Below are positions 26,082 to 36,748 of a stretch of 64,000 nt of DNA, piece by piece. Made by a program: the position numbers and the translations under genes. The stretch comes from Penicillus capitatus (lineage: Eukaryota > Plantae > Chlorophyta): the NCBI GenBank assembly GCA_965649825.1, contig OZ287697.1, positions 769,635 through 833,634 on the forward strand, given 5' to 3'. The first letter of the stretch is position 1; each line of letters begins with the position of its first letter. The notes under the pieces are model-generated. The model made no database searches. It was not told the DNA's origin and saw nothing but the letters and a program-made list of their open reading frames with translations.

Positions 26082-29000
26082 CTAAAGAATGCTTATTAAG
26101 AAAGATGTCCATTTCGACGACCACGATGGCCAGATCTGAGGCTTGGTCCAAAGTCGCAACTCCTCGGATAGAAACTCTTGTTGGTCTCTCCATCGGGACA
26201 GCAGTGCTTGTCTGGAATGGATGTTGTGTTCTTGCAGCGCCGCCAGGAGCATTCCGAGTTTTCTGTGGCAACGTGCTTCGACAGATACGACATAGGCAGG
26301 CAACATGACAAGGGACTCTTGGGCCCAAGGGGTGTCTGAGGAGAAGACATGGCCTGAGAGCAAGGCAAGGGCAAAGTGTGAGGTGCGGGTTTCGGGTTGA
26401 GTGGATGGAATGCTGAGCAATGGTAGGCACCATCCGTGTCGTCCGTAAGTCACTCTATGCCAACAGCAGATGGCATCCCTCTTGGCATCGTAGAAGGGAC
26501 CCGGGTGCATCTCCGGCGGCTCGTGTACGGTGCACAGTGGCTGTGCAGATTCGGCAATCCATTGTGGCTCGACTCGCGTCACGTGATGCAGATAAATCTT
26601 CTCCGTTGACTGAACAGCACTCACGTATACAACGAAAGGCGGCGCCGATTTGGAAACAGTTGACAACGGATGTATGTGGACAGCTCCTTCCGTCCGATGC
26701 TGCGTACGATAGAGGACGTGTTTTGGTTTCTTTGGACGCTGAGTGTCAACCTGGTGGTGGGCTAGGTGATCACACCAGCCGGCGAGAAGGCAGTGCCGTA
26801 AGTGATCAATCATTTGCTGAGACGGTTCCGGCAACACCATGTCGATTGCATCCGGACAGTCCAGATCAAATGCCTTGACGAATGTCTGACGCAGCTGACG
26901 CTCCAGCGCTGCCATTTCCTTCATAATCTTTTCGTGCAGAAAAGCTTTCCGACAGAACTCCTTCCCATTTGATGACTGTCGATAGTAACATAGGGCAGTG
27001 AGTGATGAGATGGCATCGCTCGTCGAGGAGATGAAGAGACGATGGGCTTGTCTTCTTGCTGTCTTCTCCTCTTGGCCTGTCTCTCTCAAAAAAGGCGATT
27101 CCATACTCATGGCGGCAGCCAACGAGAGAGCATAGAGTGTCAGACCTTCGATTTGCTCTTCTTCTTCGAGCTCCTTCGCTCTGAGAACCATCCGAGCATG
27201 ACGCGATCCGATTGGGAATTCGATCATCTGACGACCAATTGCTGTCACGCATCTTTCCCTGTCCAGAGCGCCAAGAGCAACGAGCGTCTCTTCCGCTGCC
27301 TCGAGTGCCGCTAGATCGGGGGGAGAGGGAAAAGGAAAGTGCGCCACTTTGTGAAGATCCATAGATTTCATGAGGAGGACGACGTCTTCCAGAGCGATGC
27401 ACGAGATCTCCGGCGGCTCAAATTCTGTAAAGCGCTGTCCGAAGTGCGCACTGGAGTAGATTCGATAGCAATGTCCTGGAAGCGTCCGTCCAGCACGGCC
27501 AGCCCTCTGCGTCGCTGCAGCTTTCGAAATCCAGTCAACGGCAAAACGTGAGACCCCCGTCTCCGGCTGCAGAACTTTCTTCTTGGCACGACCGCAGTCA
27601 ACGACATAACGGATACCAGGGATGGTGATGGAGGTCTCTGCCACATTGGTCGCCACGACGATCAGACGATGTCCTTCAGGAAGAGGCTGAAAGACTTGTG
27701 CCTGTTGATGCGGCGGCAGCATGGCATAGAGCGGCAGAATCCTCACGTCTTGACATTGCGCCTCCTGCGACGGCATTTTGGGAGCATCTGCGTTTCCAGG
27801 TACCGTTTCGATATCTTCTTCGGAACTGGCATCGTCGATGTCACTGATTTCTGTGGATGATTTGGAAGGAAGGATCTGTGCGGGTCGTCTCTTCTTGAGC
27901 TGTTTCTGCAGTCGTGCACAGAATCGATCGATTTCTCTCTTTCCTGTCATGAAGACCAGAATACCGCCAGGCGGCAGTTGGCGATGAATCCTGCAGACTT
28001 TTCTGAGGGCAACCGTTTCGTAGTCCTCCACTTCTGTTCTCTTCGAAAAATGGATCGTCACGGAGAACTGCCGAGAAGGAATGTTCAGAACGGGAGGCGT
28101 TTCTGGGAAAAGCAAGGCATTGGACAAGAAAGCCGTCGCTTCGAGAGTGGCGCTCATGATGATCACTTTCAAAGGCATCTGTCCCATCACACGACGTCTC
28201 AACTTCACCACTCTCGACAGCATTCCCAGAATCAAATCTGTATTCAGGCTCCTTTCATGCGCTTCGTCGATGATCAGAACGCTAAAGGCAGAGAGAAGGA
28301 AGTCCCTCTGGAGCTCCCGGATGAGAATGCCGTCCGTCATGAAGCGGATCGCTGTCTCGGCGGACGTTCTGTTTTCGTGACGAATCTGAAAGCCGACGCG
28401 TGAGCCGAGAGGCGCGTCCAATTCATGAGCTACTCGTGCTGCTGTGCTCGTCGCAGCAATGCGCCGTGGCTGGGTGACGCCAATTTGCCCCGCCCTTTCT
28501 GAAAAGGATGCCGAACCGTAACCTGCCTCGTACAGAAATTGAGGCACCTGTGTCGTCTTCCCGCATCCTGTCTGGCCACAGATCACCACGATATCCCGAG
28601 CGGCGACCATTTCCATGATCTCTTGTTCGTATCCCAAAATCGGCAGCTCGGAACGACACCTCTCGACATCCGCCTTACGGCAAACGTGCCGCACTCGATG
28701 CACCGACCCTTCGCTTTTCTTTGGCGGCGGCACTTGTTCAGACGCCTTGCTCTTTTCTGGACGCACAGAAGACGGCATCGCCAATCCATCTGAGATGTCT
28801 TCAGTCAGAGAAGGAAGAGTGCGTTCTGACGGTTTTTCTGGAATGCCAGGAACGTCCAGCGGCATGTCCTCGACAGATTCCCGCTCGTTATCCACTTCAT
28901 CTACCAGGCGTTTCTTTCTCTTTCGTTTCTGCATGACTGCACGAAGCTTTTCGAATTCTTCATGTGGCAGGGCGTGTTGCCGAAGCTCATTGTACACATC

Positions 29001-29243
29001 TTCCATCACCATCGCCTGTGCTTTCTTCTTTTGCACTTGGTCTTGCTTTCGATCCCGTTTCGCTGGCGCATCCAATCCCCTCTCCCTCCGTTTCGGACAA
29101 CGCTGTGCCACCACAAGGCAGTTGCTCGCGTCTTCCGAGCCCAATTTTTGCCGAAGCTCGAGCGACAGGAGATCCGCTTCGTCCTCACATCTTTTCTCCA
29201 CAGCACCGCGTGTCGCTGGTGGGCGTCGTCTCTTTTTCGGCAT
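26082..29243 (-). CDS. DHX37: DEAH-box RNA helicase DHX37/Dhr1, intronless
   Basis: GQTGCGKTTQVPQFLYEAG, TQPRRIAA, IIDEAHERS, SAT, ATNVAETSITIPG and QRAGRAGR. First ATG at 29243 (MPKKRRR). Confidence 0.93.
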   Translation of the reverse strand: MPKKRRRPPATRGAVEKRCEDEADLLSLELRQKLGSEDASNCLVVAQRCPKRRERGLDAPAKRDRKQDQVQKKKAQAMVMEDVYNELRQHALPHEEFEKLRAVMQKRKRKKRLVDEVDNERESVEDMPLDVPGIPEKPSERTLPSLTEDISDGLAMPSSVRPEKSKASEQVPPPKKSEGSVHRVRHVCRKADVERCRSELPILGYEQEIMEMVAARDIVVICGQTGCGKTTQVPQFLYEAGYGSASFSERAGQIGVTQPRRIAATSTAARVAHELDAPLGSRVGFQIRHENRTSAETAIRFMTDGILIRELQRDFLLSAFSVLIIDEAHERSLNTDLILGMLSRVVKLRRRVMGQMPLKVIIMSATLEATAFLSNALLFPETPPVLNIPSRQFSVTIHFSKRTEVEDYETVALRKVCRIHRQLPPGGILVFMTGKREIDRFCARLQKQLKKRRPAQILPSKSSTEISDIDDASSEEDIETVPGNADAPKMPSQEAQCQDVRILPLYAMLPPHQQAQVFQPLPEGHRLIVVATNVAETSITIPGIRYVVDCGRAKKKVLQPETGVSRFAVDWISKAAATQRAGRAGRTLPGHCYRIYSSAHFGQRFTEFEPPEISCIALEDVVLLMKSMDLHKVAHFPFPSPPDLAALEAAEETLVALGALDRERCVTAIGRQMIEFPIGSRHARMVLRAKELEEEEQIEGLTLYALSLAAAMSMESPFLRETGQEEKTARRQAHRLFISSTSDAISSLTALCYYRQSSNGKEFCRKAFLHEKIMKEMAALERQLRQTFVKAFDLDCPDAIDMVLPEPSQQMIDHLRHCLLAGWCDHLAHHQVDTQRPKKPKHVLYRTQHRTEGAVHIHPLSTVSKSAPPFVVYVSAVQSTEKIYLHHVTRVEPQWIAESAQPLCTVHEPPEMHPGPFYDAKRDAICCWHRVTYGRHGWCLPLLSIPSTQPETRTSHFALALLSGHVFSSDTPWAQESLVMLPAYVVSVEARCHRKLGMLLAALQEHNIHSRQALLSRWRDQQEFLSEELRLWTKPQIWPSWSSKWTSFLISIL

Positions 29244-29280
29244 CCCGATCAAACGACGCGATTAATGCCGTGTTTGATGC

Positions 29281-30417
29281 ATGATGGAAGACACACTCGA
29301 CGTCCTCAAAATCTCCCGAGAGGGCGACGGACCGCCGCCAGCGAAAAAGAAAACGCGTCCGAAGACGCGACGGCCAGAAGGGATTAGCCGTGAGGCCTAT
29401 TCCCTTATGGACGGCAATCATCCCATCGTCCAGACGACGCCCTACCGAAAACGTTTCGTTCGGAAAGAAGGACTGAACAAGAAACGCAAAGGCGATGTCT
29501 CGTACGCTATCTGTTACAAATGGAAGTCGTTTCGGAATGAGGCCCGCTCGGATACATTGGAGCTGAAGAAGTGGGTCAAGTGCTATATCAATGGCGAAGG
29601 CAATTTCAGAGAGGCTTTGCCAAACGAATATCCCTTTGCGAAACTGAACAAGCCACCCGATGTGGTGCGGTACTCCGATCTGGAATGGGATCGATGTTTG
29701 GCATCGTTGACGCCTTCGTGGAGCAAAGAGGAGACGGAGTACTTGCTCGATCTCTGTCGGCAGTTCTCTCTCCGATTCCCAGTCATCTACGATCGCTACG
29801 CCTTTTCTGAAAGGGAACGGAGTTATGATGAACTCAAGGAGCGTTACTATGCCATGGCACACGCTCTGGCCTGTTTTCGTTCCGGAGAGGAGCTGCCATC
29901 CAAGTACTTGCAAAAACACCCATACGATGCAGCATATGAGCGAAGGCGACGGGAGGCATGTCGGATGGTGACAGAGATGACATGGGAGGAGGAATGGAGG
30001 GACAATGCGATACTGGAACAGGCCGAACGGATCGAGGCACAACGATTGGAAGGCGCAACGATGACGCCGTCCATTTCATCGGAGGCAGGATCCGACGTGT
30101 CGCTGAGTCAAGCGGCGGAAGGTCAAGAGCAGTGGGAATCATCTCCGCTGCATGACATACAGGGAGAGGCCTACAGACCGGAACCAGGAATCTATGTCCG
30201 CGGCGTGATGACGCGGCAGTGGGTGACGGAATCGGAGAAGCCCGCACAACAGAGTGTGATGCAGGAATTCTCAGTGGAGACATGTTTTCCGACGGTCTGC
30301 ACTCAGAAGCTCATGAAAGCTTGGATTGATCTGTGGAACGATGCTTGTGTTTTGGCCGAGTTACGTGAACAGGTGGATCCCTCGGCGGCACTGAGAAAAA
30401 CGGAAACGCGTTTGTAA
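29281..30417 (+). CDS. DMAP1: DMAP1/SWC4-like SANT-domain subunit (NuA4/SWR1), intronless
   Basis: RPEGISREAYSL, WKSFRNEARSDTLELKKW, YPFAKLNK, WSKEETEYLLDLCRQFSLRFPVIYDRY and ELKERYY. Confidence 0.9.
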   Translation: MMEDTLDVLKISREGDGPPPAKKKTRPKTRRPEGISREAYSLMDGNHPIVQTTPYRKRFVRKEGLNKKRKGDVSYAICYKWKSFRNEARSDTLELKKWVKCYINGEGNFREALPNEYPFAKLNKPPDVVRYSDLEWDRCLASLTPSWSKEETEYLLDLCRQFSLRFPVIYDRYAFSERERSYDELKERYYAMAHALACFRSGEELPSKYLQKHPYDAAYERRRREACRMVTEMTWEEEWRDNAILEQAERIEAQRLEGATMTPSISSEAGSDVSLSQAAEGQEQWESSPLHDIQGEAYRPEPGIYVRGVMTRQWVTESEKPAQQSVMQEFSVETCFPTVCTQKLMKAWIDLWNDACVLAELREQVDPSAALRKTETRL

Positions 30418-30573
30418 TCGATCACCCTCTCTGCGCCATCGACAGAAAATCGCTTTGTTCACATAGATGCATACTGAAAGTGTGAGATAGGGTCGGCCAC
30501 GAAGGATGATGTGACAACCAATGTGTGATAAGATGCCATAAGAATCAGGAATGCGAAAGAATGGTGAATGAAA

Positions 30574-32285
30574 CTAAGCAATTGGTAAAACCAGTTTGCG
30601 ACTTCTGCGCTCTGTAGACACCGGCTTTCTGACAGTCTGGCGCTTCAGCTGCGCAGGGACGGTACGACTGTTGCCGCTGCAGGTACCAGGGATGACATCG
30701 CAGATCGGTTGCTCTTCTGGACAACAGAACTGAAAAAAATACGCCATGACTTGTAGGAAGCCAGCCATCGGGTGCTTACTTTCATATCCCGGCAACAGGT
30801 GCTCGTTCTCCCTGGACAGCATCCCCATTGGAAGCACATGTTCCACACTTGACTCATGCAGCAGCAGCTTTCGTCCTCGCGACAGTAAGCACGCAGGCCG
30901 CATTGAATCGTGGCGGACGGTGTTGGCTGTGGAGGTGGACCGGTCGCGACGGGATACGAGGCAAGCATAGCGACGCCGCACTGACCGTTGCCATTGTTCT
31001 TGTTAAGGGCCAGACGGATGTATCCCTCTTCTCCCCAGAACACCCCCCATGAATTCTTGACAAGAATATAACCTTGGTCGAGGTCATAACCGACAGCGAG
31101 TACGGCATGGGTGAGATCCGTGCCACATTCGGCGTCGAAGATGCCGCCGCCATAGAGCGAAAACGCCAAGAGATTTGCCGCGACGGCCACACTCACAGGC
31201 TAGAGAGGCATCCCTTCACGCACAGCAAGCAGAGGCCCGAGAGTTACCTGTTGAACGAGAGCGCGTATGAGATTCGCTTCGCCGATGTCGAGGGACATGT
31301 GTCCCGCAATCGTCACGTTGTGATGCGTGACTTTGTTTTTGTTGCATGCGTACTTTTCCCCTCTGAAAGTGTAGTCGGCTGCTGTGGTGATGCCGCCGTT
31401 TTCGACGACCCAAGCGAAGGCTGTTTCCATAAATCCCCCACCACATCCACTGTCGTTCCAGTCGCAGTCGATCAGTTCTTGCTCGCTCAGCGTGACGAGT
31501 TGGCCAGTCGAGATCGCATTCAGCCCTTCGATGCTCCCCACTGCCGAAAACGCCCAACAGGCACGGCACTAGACGATCCAACGTCTGGCAAAGCGACGGG
31601 ATATGCGACGCATCTTACGAGGCCTTGATCTCTGATTTGCGTCACGGCGCCCTCCTCGCGCCAGTCCACGCGTCGTGGAACATCTGACAAGTCATCGTCC
31701 GTCGCTTCGGTCCCCATAAGGGGCCCTTGTTCGTTGGCTGTCTTCTCGCTCGGCACTTCGAGTCCATGATAATACTCGCGTACCTCTGACTGCATCATAT
31801 CGGCCATGACCGTCATATCCAACTGGAGCAACCGTCGGTTATCTTCACGCAGGCAAACGCCTCTTCTGCCTTACCCAGTGCGAATCGCTCTTCTTGTTGT
31901 AGTGCACGGCATGATCCAAATGTCTTATCCAAATCTCGTAACGTTTACGCCATTCCTGTGCGCGAGATGATGCGTTGACTGCGAGGCAACGAACGCGCTA
32001 TAGCATTCGCGCCGACTTACTTGGCTCCCCTCGACGTAACTCCTGTTGAAACGTCTCGCCCATTCATTGAAGGCCGCTATCGGATTCTCCTGCCCGAGGT
32101 TGTACAACGGCTGGCCGTTTGTCGACCAAAGGGCGCACCTGCTGAAGCACCAGCTGTCGATCCGTTTCGGCCTTCGCAGAAGGAAAGGCCTCCGAGTTAT
32201 CCCCCTTGCATTGCAAAGCCAAGATGATGATCAAACCACTCGCCGCCGCCGCCACTGACACTCTCCGACGAACAAGAAACGCCAT
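30574..32285 (-). CDS. Papain-family (C1A) cysteine protease with prodomain and C-terminal granulin domain, multi-exon
   Basis: Signal peptide, I29-like prodomain, VDWREEGAVTQIRDQG/CRACWAFS (catalytic Cys), LSEQELIDCD, DLTHAVLAVGY (His), KNSWG (Asn), and Cys-rich granulin CCC...WGCCP...CC. Confidence 0.93.
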
Positions 32286-32460
32286 TGGTGTCTCGAACAA
32301 ATAAAGACAGACGCAGAACTCGAGACAAGAAGAAGAAAGATGCAATGCGTCAAAGAACTCTGACGCGTCCGATGCACTCAGCATGAAATCATCACGACTG
32401 TACAATAGACAACGTGGTGACCTGTCGACGACACATTGTTGTCTGTTTGCCTGGCTACGG

Positions 32461-34923
32461 TTAAGCAAGTTTTTCCAAAGGGATGTACTCAATATGTCCC
32501 AGAGCGCACATAGCGGTCGTCACGATATCTCTTTTCTCTTCCATTGCTGCCCTTGCGCTGAGACACATCCACAGAGCAGAGCCCTATGGAAATCGTATTT
32601 AGAGACGAACAGGCGAGATGACGCGCACGACGTTTAACCGTCTGCAGTACTTTACGGCTCTCTTCCACTCGCCAGCCTGCAGCAGTTCGTGAAGTCGCAG
32701 GAGAAGCGGATCTAGCTGCGTGTGTGTTATCCCTTCCTGCCATGACGCGATCGAACAGATCGACGATCGGAATCCCGCGATGCGTGCATCTTCTTCCAGG
32801 GAATGTGCCACGACGATTCGGAGTGTGCCATCGGCTCCTCGCCGTTTACCAAATGCACTGGCGAGATGCCACACCACCTGCGCCATTTGCCACCTATCTA
32901 AAAGATAACGCAGGGCGAGGGCGACGTGCCAATTCACGGCGAATGATTGCGGCGAGTATGTCATGTTCGCTATGCCATCGGATATCCGTCGCCATTCCGC
33001 CGATCTTGACTTTATCATTCGTTTCTGGCGAGCTTATGAGATAGACATCTCCACGAGTATCCAGAAAAACGCATGCTGCTGGATCGACATCTTTTGTTTT
33101 GCACAGGCTCAAGGCAACGATCTTGTCGTCGTGTTCGTCCGACTGTCGAAGCGCATGTCCTGTCGTCGAGCTGTAAAAGTCAATGACTGCACATACGTAT
33201 CATGCATGCATGATGTGACGTGCAGAAAGCGCGCGTTAACACCTTTGGCATGTGGACCTGCGCAGACAGCGACAACGGTCCTGGTGAGATCAATCTGTCT
33301 CTCATCAACGCCTCGCGTCGCTTTGCCTGTATCCTTAGCGAATACTGACGCAGAGGCTGAGAGATATTCCGTTCTTGCCTGGCCTTTCGAGTGTGCACTG
33401 CATAGTGCCGTTGTAATCGTAGATGACAATGTCGCCCGATACCAGGAGTAGCAGTAGTCTGTCGCACGCGAGTTTGACTGCTCGAATCGTCGCATGCGTT
33501 TCCACTGGATGCAGTTCGCCACTCTCTTCGTTAGCCAGAAGGAAGCAAGCGGCGCCGATTGTCGCCGCCAGGTATCCGTAATCTCACACATCGATCACAC
33601 TTCTCTGTAACCGTCGCCATCTCATTGTGGGTGCACGTACCTTCGCTGCAGTGAGAAACATCGGAAAGGCGATCGTCTTCCGGAAAGTATCGCCGCACCA
33701 TTTCAGTTAAATGCGAGTAGTACTGGTCCGAAAGCGTCGACACATCGACGACCGGCACCACACGAACTATCCATAAGTGTTCAACCGTCGCAACGGCAAA
33801 GGTGTTTTTGTCAGGCGCAAGGACGATGTCGTTCACACCTTCATCGGTCAGCGCCAACTGATGCGTATCTATAGCGCGAGTGATCAACAGATGATGTGAC
33901 GTGTACCTTGGACAAGATGTTGCCAGAGGCGGCGCAGAGATACAGAGAACGTTCTGTCCCGGCGACGAAGCTTCGTCCTTCACACAACCAGACGAACGAA
34001 CGAACACTCGCGTCCAGCGCGTCGCCTCCGCATAGCTGCAGTCCTTTTTCGCTGAGGAGACGAAAACGACGATCTTCGCCGCCGCACACAACGATCTTGT
34101 CAACTGGGCTCCACGCCAAAGCCAAGATCGGTACTGTCACACATCGAGAGCCATCATTCGCGTCTCCTGCCTCAACGAGGACCTACCTTTCAGCTTGAGA
34201 TAATGCGTGTTGCGTTTCTGTTGGCGGATGTCGTTGATATAGATACAGACATCGCTTGTGAAGGCAACATGTGCGCCGTCGTTAGACCAGCCAAGAGCCA
34301 ATATCGGCAATGGCAGTGTGACAACGGTCGCTCGAAGGGTGCCCTTTGCCGACCATAGTTTGACAGAACCATCCACACCGCTGCTAGCTATGGATGTTCC
34401 TGAACGGGCAGGCTATCGTCCATAACACCGGCGGCACAGTGATCGCAGACCATGGTTGTTCCACTTAACGGCTGTCACTTCACCCTCGTGTGCCTGAACG
34501 GACACTTCGATGTTCAGTGTCTTCGGATGGGTCACGCAGAGAACCCCTACACCACGCAATTATCGCTACAAGGCACCGCGAATTAAAATTGGCAACCGTA
34601 CCGTCTCGGCAGCCCAGCAGAAGACGGCGTTGTGGCGTCTCTTCGTTCGGTGAAGACATACAAGGCATGTCGACGCAGGTGATGTTGTGGGCAAAGTTGT
34701 CGATCTGAAACGCATCGGCGTTTCTTGTAAGAGCGATCGATGCTTGACGATTCAGTACTTTAGCAAAGCGAGATGGCATGACCGACGGATAACGACAGCA
34801 ATGGATGCTATCCCCCGTGAACATCAGAAGTTCACGATGCTGACCATCCTGACGCCATAGTACGGGGCCTGTCGCTTCAAGCTGAATGCTCTCGGCGATC
34901 CTCAGCTCTTCCCTCGATTGCAT
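32461..34923 (-). CDS. IFT80: Divergent IFT80-like WD40 protein (intraflagellar transport), apparently C-terminally shortened, multi-exon
   Basis: HEGEVTAVKWN..DGSVKLWSAKGTLR; ILALAWSPVDKIVVCGGEDRRF; VFLDTRGDVYL..KIGGMATDIRW; LHELLQAGEWKRAVKYCR; ALWMCLSARA..ALGHIEY. The motif order matches IFT80 as I recall it. Confidence 0.72.
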
Positions 34924-35115
34924 CTGACGCGTTTGACTTCGTCGCTTTTTGTTTATGTAAGACACCACGCTCTTAAGATGATCATTAGAGCACATTCGAC
35001 GACGACGGACTCAAAAGACGATACCGTAGGGCGCCGTATCTCGGCGCAGACGTTGGAGCTTTGTGTGTATGCCTTTCTAGAGCAAACGAGGGCCAATGCC
35101 ATACGATCCACCGTC

Positions 35116-36660
35116 ATGGAGTGGCCAGCCAAAGCCGTACGTCAGGACTTGGGCATGACCTCGACCGACTTCATCCTAAACAGGCGAGGCCATTCCGTCG
35201 AAGTCGTAAAGGGAGGACAAGTCGCAGAGAAGCTGCTTCTGGAAGAGAAACCCTTTTTCCTATTCGGACGGCAAACAGACTCAGGTCTGGCGCTGCACTT
35301 GGCATCTCCACGTATCACTCATAAATGTGTGAGAATAGATGTTGTGGTCGATCATCCGAGCCTCTCACGGCATCACTGCGTCATCCAGTTCAGCAAAGAC
35401 TGCGACGACGCTTTCCTCTGTGATCTGGGCAGCACGCACGGAACGTTTCTCAACAAGGAAAAACTCGCAGCCCATGAACACCGATCCCTCTCGTTAGATC
35501 TTCTCTCTACTGGACGTCGTCATCACATCAGATGCATCTCTGTATAGAGATGGCGATATTTTTCAGTTGGGCTACAGCACACGATGGTACGTGTACAACA
35601 GAGGATTGCCAGAGGAGGAAGCCAGTGCTCCCGAGATCAAGGTTTAAATATGAACAGTCTTTGGTTCGCTAACAGTAAGGGGGTGTTTCGCAGAAGAGTG
35701 GCGGAAAGAAAAGAAGCAAACGTTGCGTGACGTGGGGCATCGGCGAAGACGTGATTCCCGATGCTGAAGATATACCCGATATCGATTGGAGATCCTACTC
35801 TGAGACACACGAACTCACACAGAAGCAGCAGAAAGTGGCTGAGAAGATCAGGCAGACGATCAAATGGATGCTCCTTGATTCACGCACTCACTATGTACAA
35901 TGGATACTGTAGGAAGTTAGAAAAGCGAAAGGAACGACTGGAGATGGATACCAAGCGCATCCGTGAGAAGGAGGAAAAATTTGAAGAACTGACGCCGGGG
36001 CAGATCGCTGGTCTTCTGAGCAATGAACGATCGCTCGAACAACTCACGGAAGAGCTGGAAGAGCTGGAAGATGCCATCCATACATCGATACTCGAAAAGA
36101 TACACCCGACTGCTGCTCGAGTATCGCTCTTCTGTCACACATCCATACTAAGGAGGAAAGTGTAGGCGAGAGACGAAGCTAAGAAAAAAGGCCATGTGAG
36201 CGACAGTGATGATGACGAATTCTATGATCGCTCCAAAAAACAAAAACCATCCAAACGCGATGCAGACACACAGATCCTCACGGCCGAAAAGCTGATCGCT
36301 GAGAGGTCGACGATCCTTCTCTGATGTGACTGCGATAGCACTCTTTCTCTAGGGAAGCGTTAGAGGAGAGACTGTGTTTTCTTAAGGCCAAGATGGACGA
36401 AGACGAGGAGAGCACAGGTGAAATGCCACCTCAAGAAGATGATGCACTCGATGCCTTCATGTCCACGCTTCACGCAGATCAGCAACGACAAGAGGTCAGG
36501 CAGTTTGCACAGATTCACGGACTTCAGCTCACGAGACAACTTTTTTCAGAGACAAAGTCGTTCTACAGAGATGCAGGACACTGTCCGGCGTCTCGGCGAA
36601 ATCAAAACTCTTCTCACTGTTGTCGATCCGGATGCGTTCTACACAAATAGACAAAAATAA
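35116..36660 (+). CDS. FHA-domain protein, kanadaptin (SLC4A1AP)-like, multi-exon
   Basis: FHA motifs FLFGR, DHPSLSRHHCVIQ and DLGSTHGTFLN, then TWGIGED, a coiled coil, DDDEFYDRS and DALDAFMS. Confidence 0.88.
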
Positions 36661-36748
36661 CATATCCCCCATTGAACGCATCCATCACGCCAGAGTTTGA
36701 GAAATAACAATAAGATCGGCGACAGATCTGAATGGAGAGTTAGTTGTG

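Noticed and set aside
14000-30400. Many long antisense or alternate-frame ORFs (e.g. 15508-16680 +, 29185-30042 -, 28615-29265 +)
   Set aside because: They shadow well-supported genes, are Arg/Ser/His-rich without motifs, and are expected in GC-rich coding DNA.
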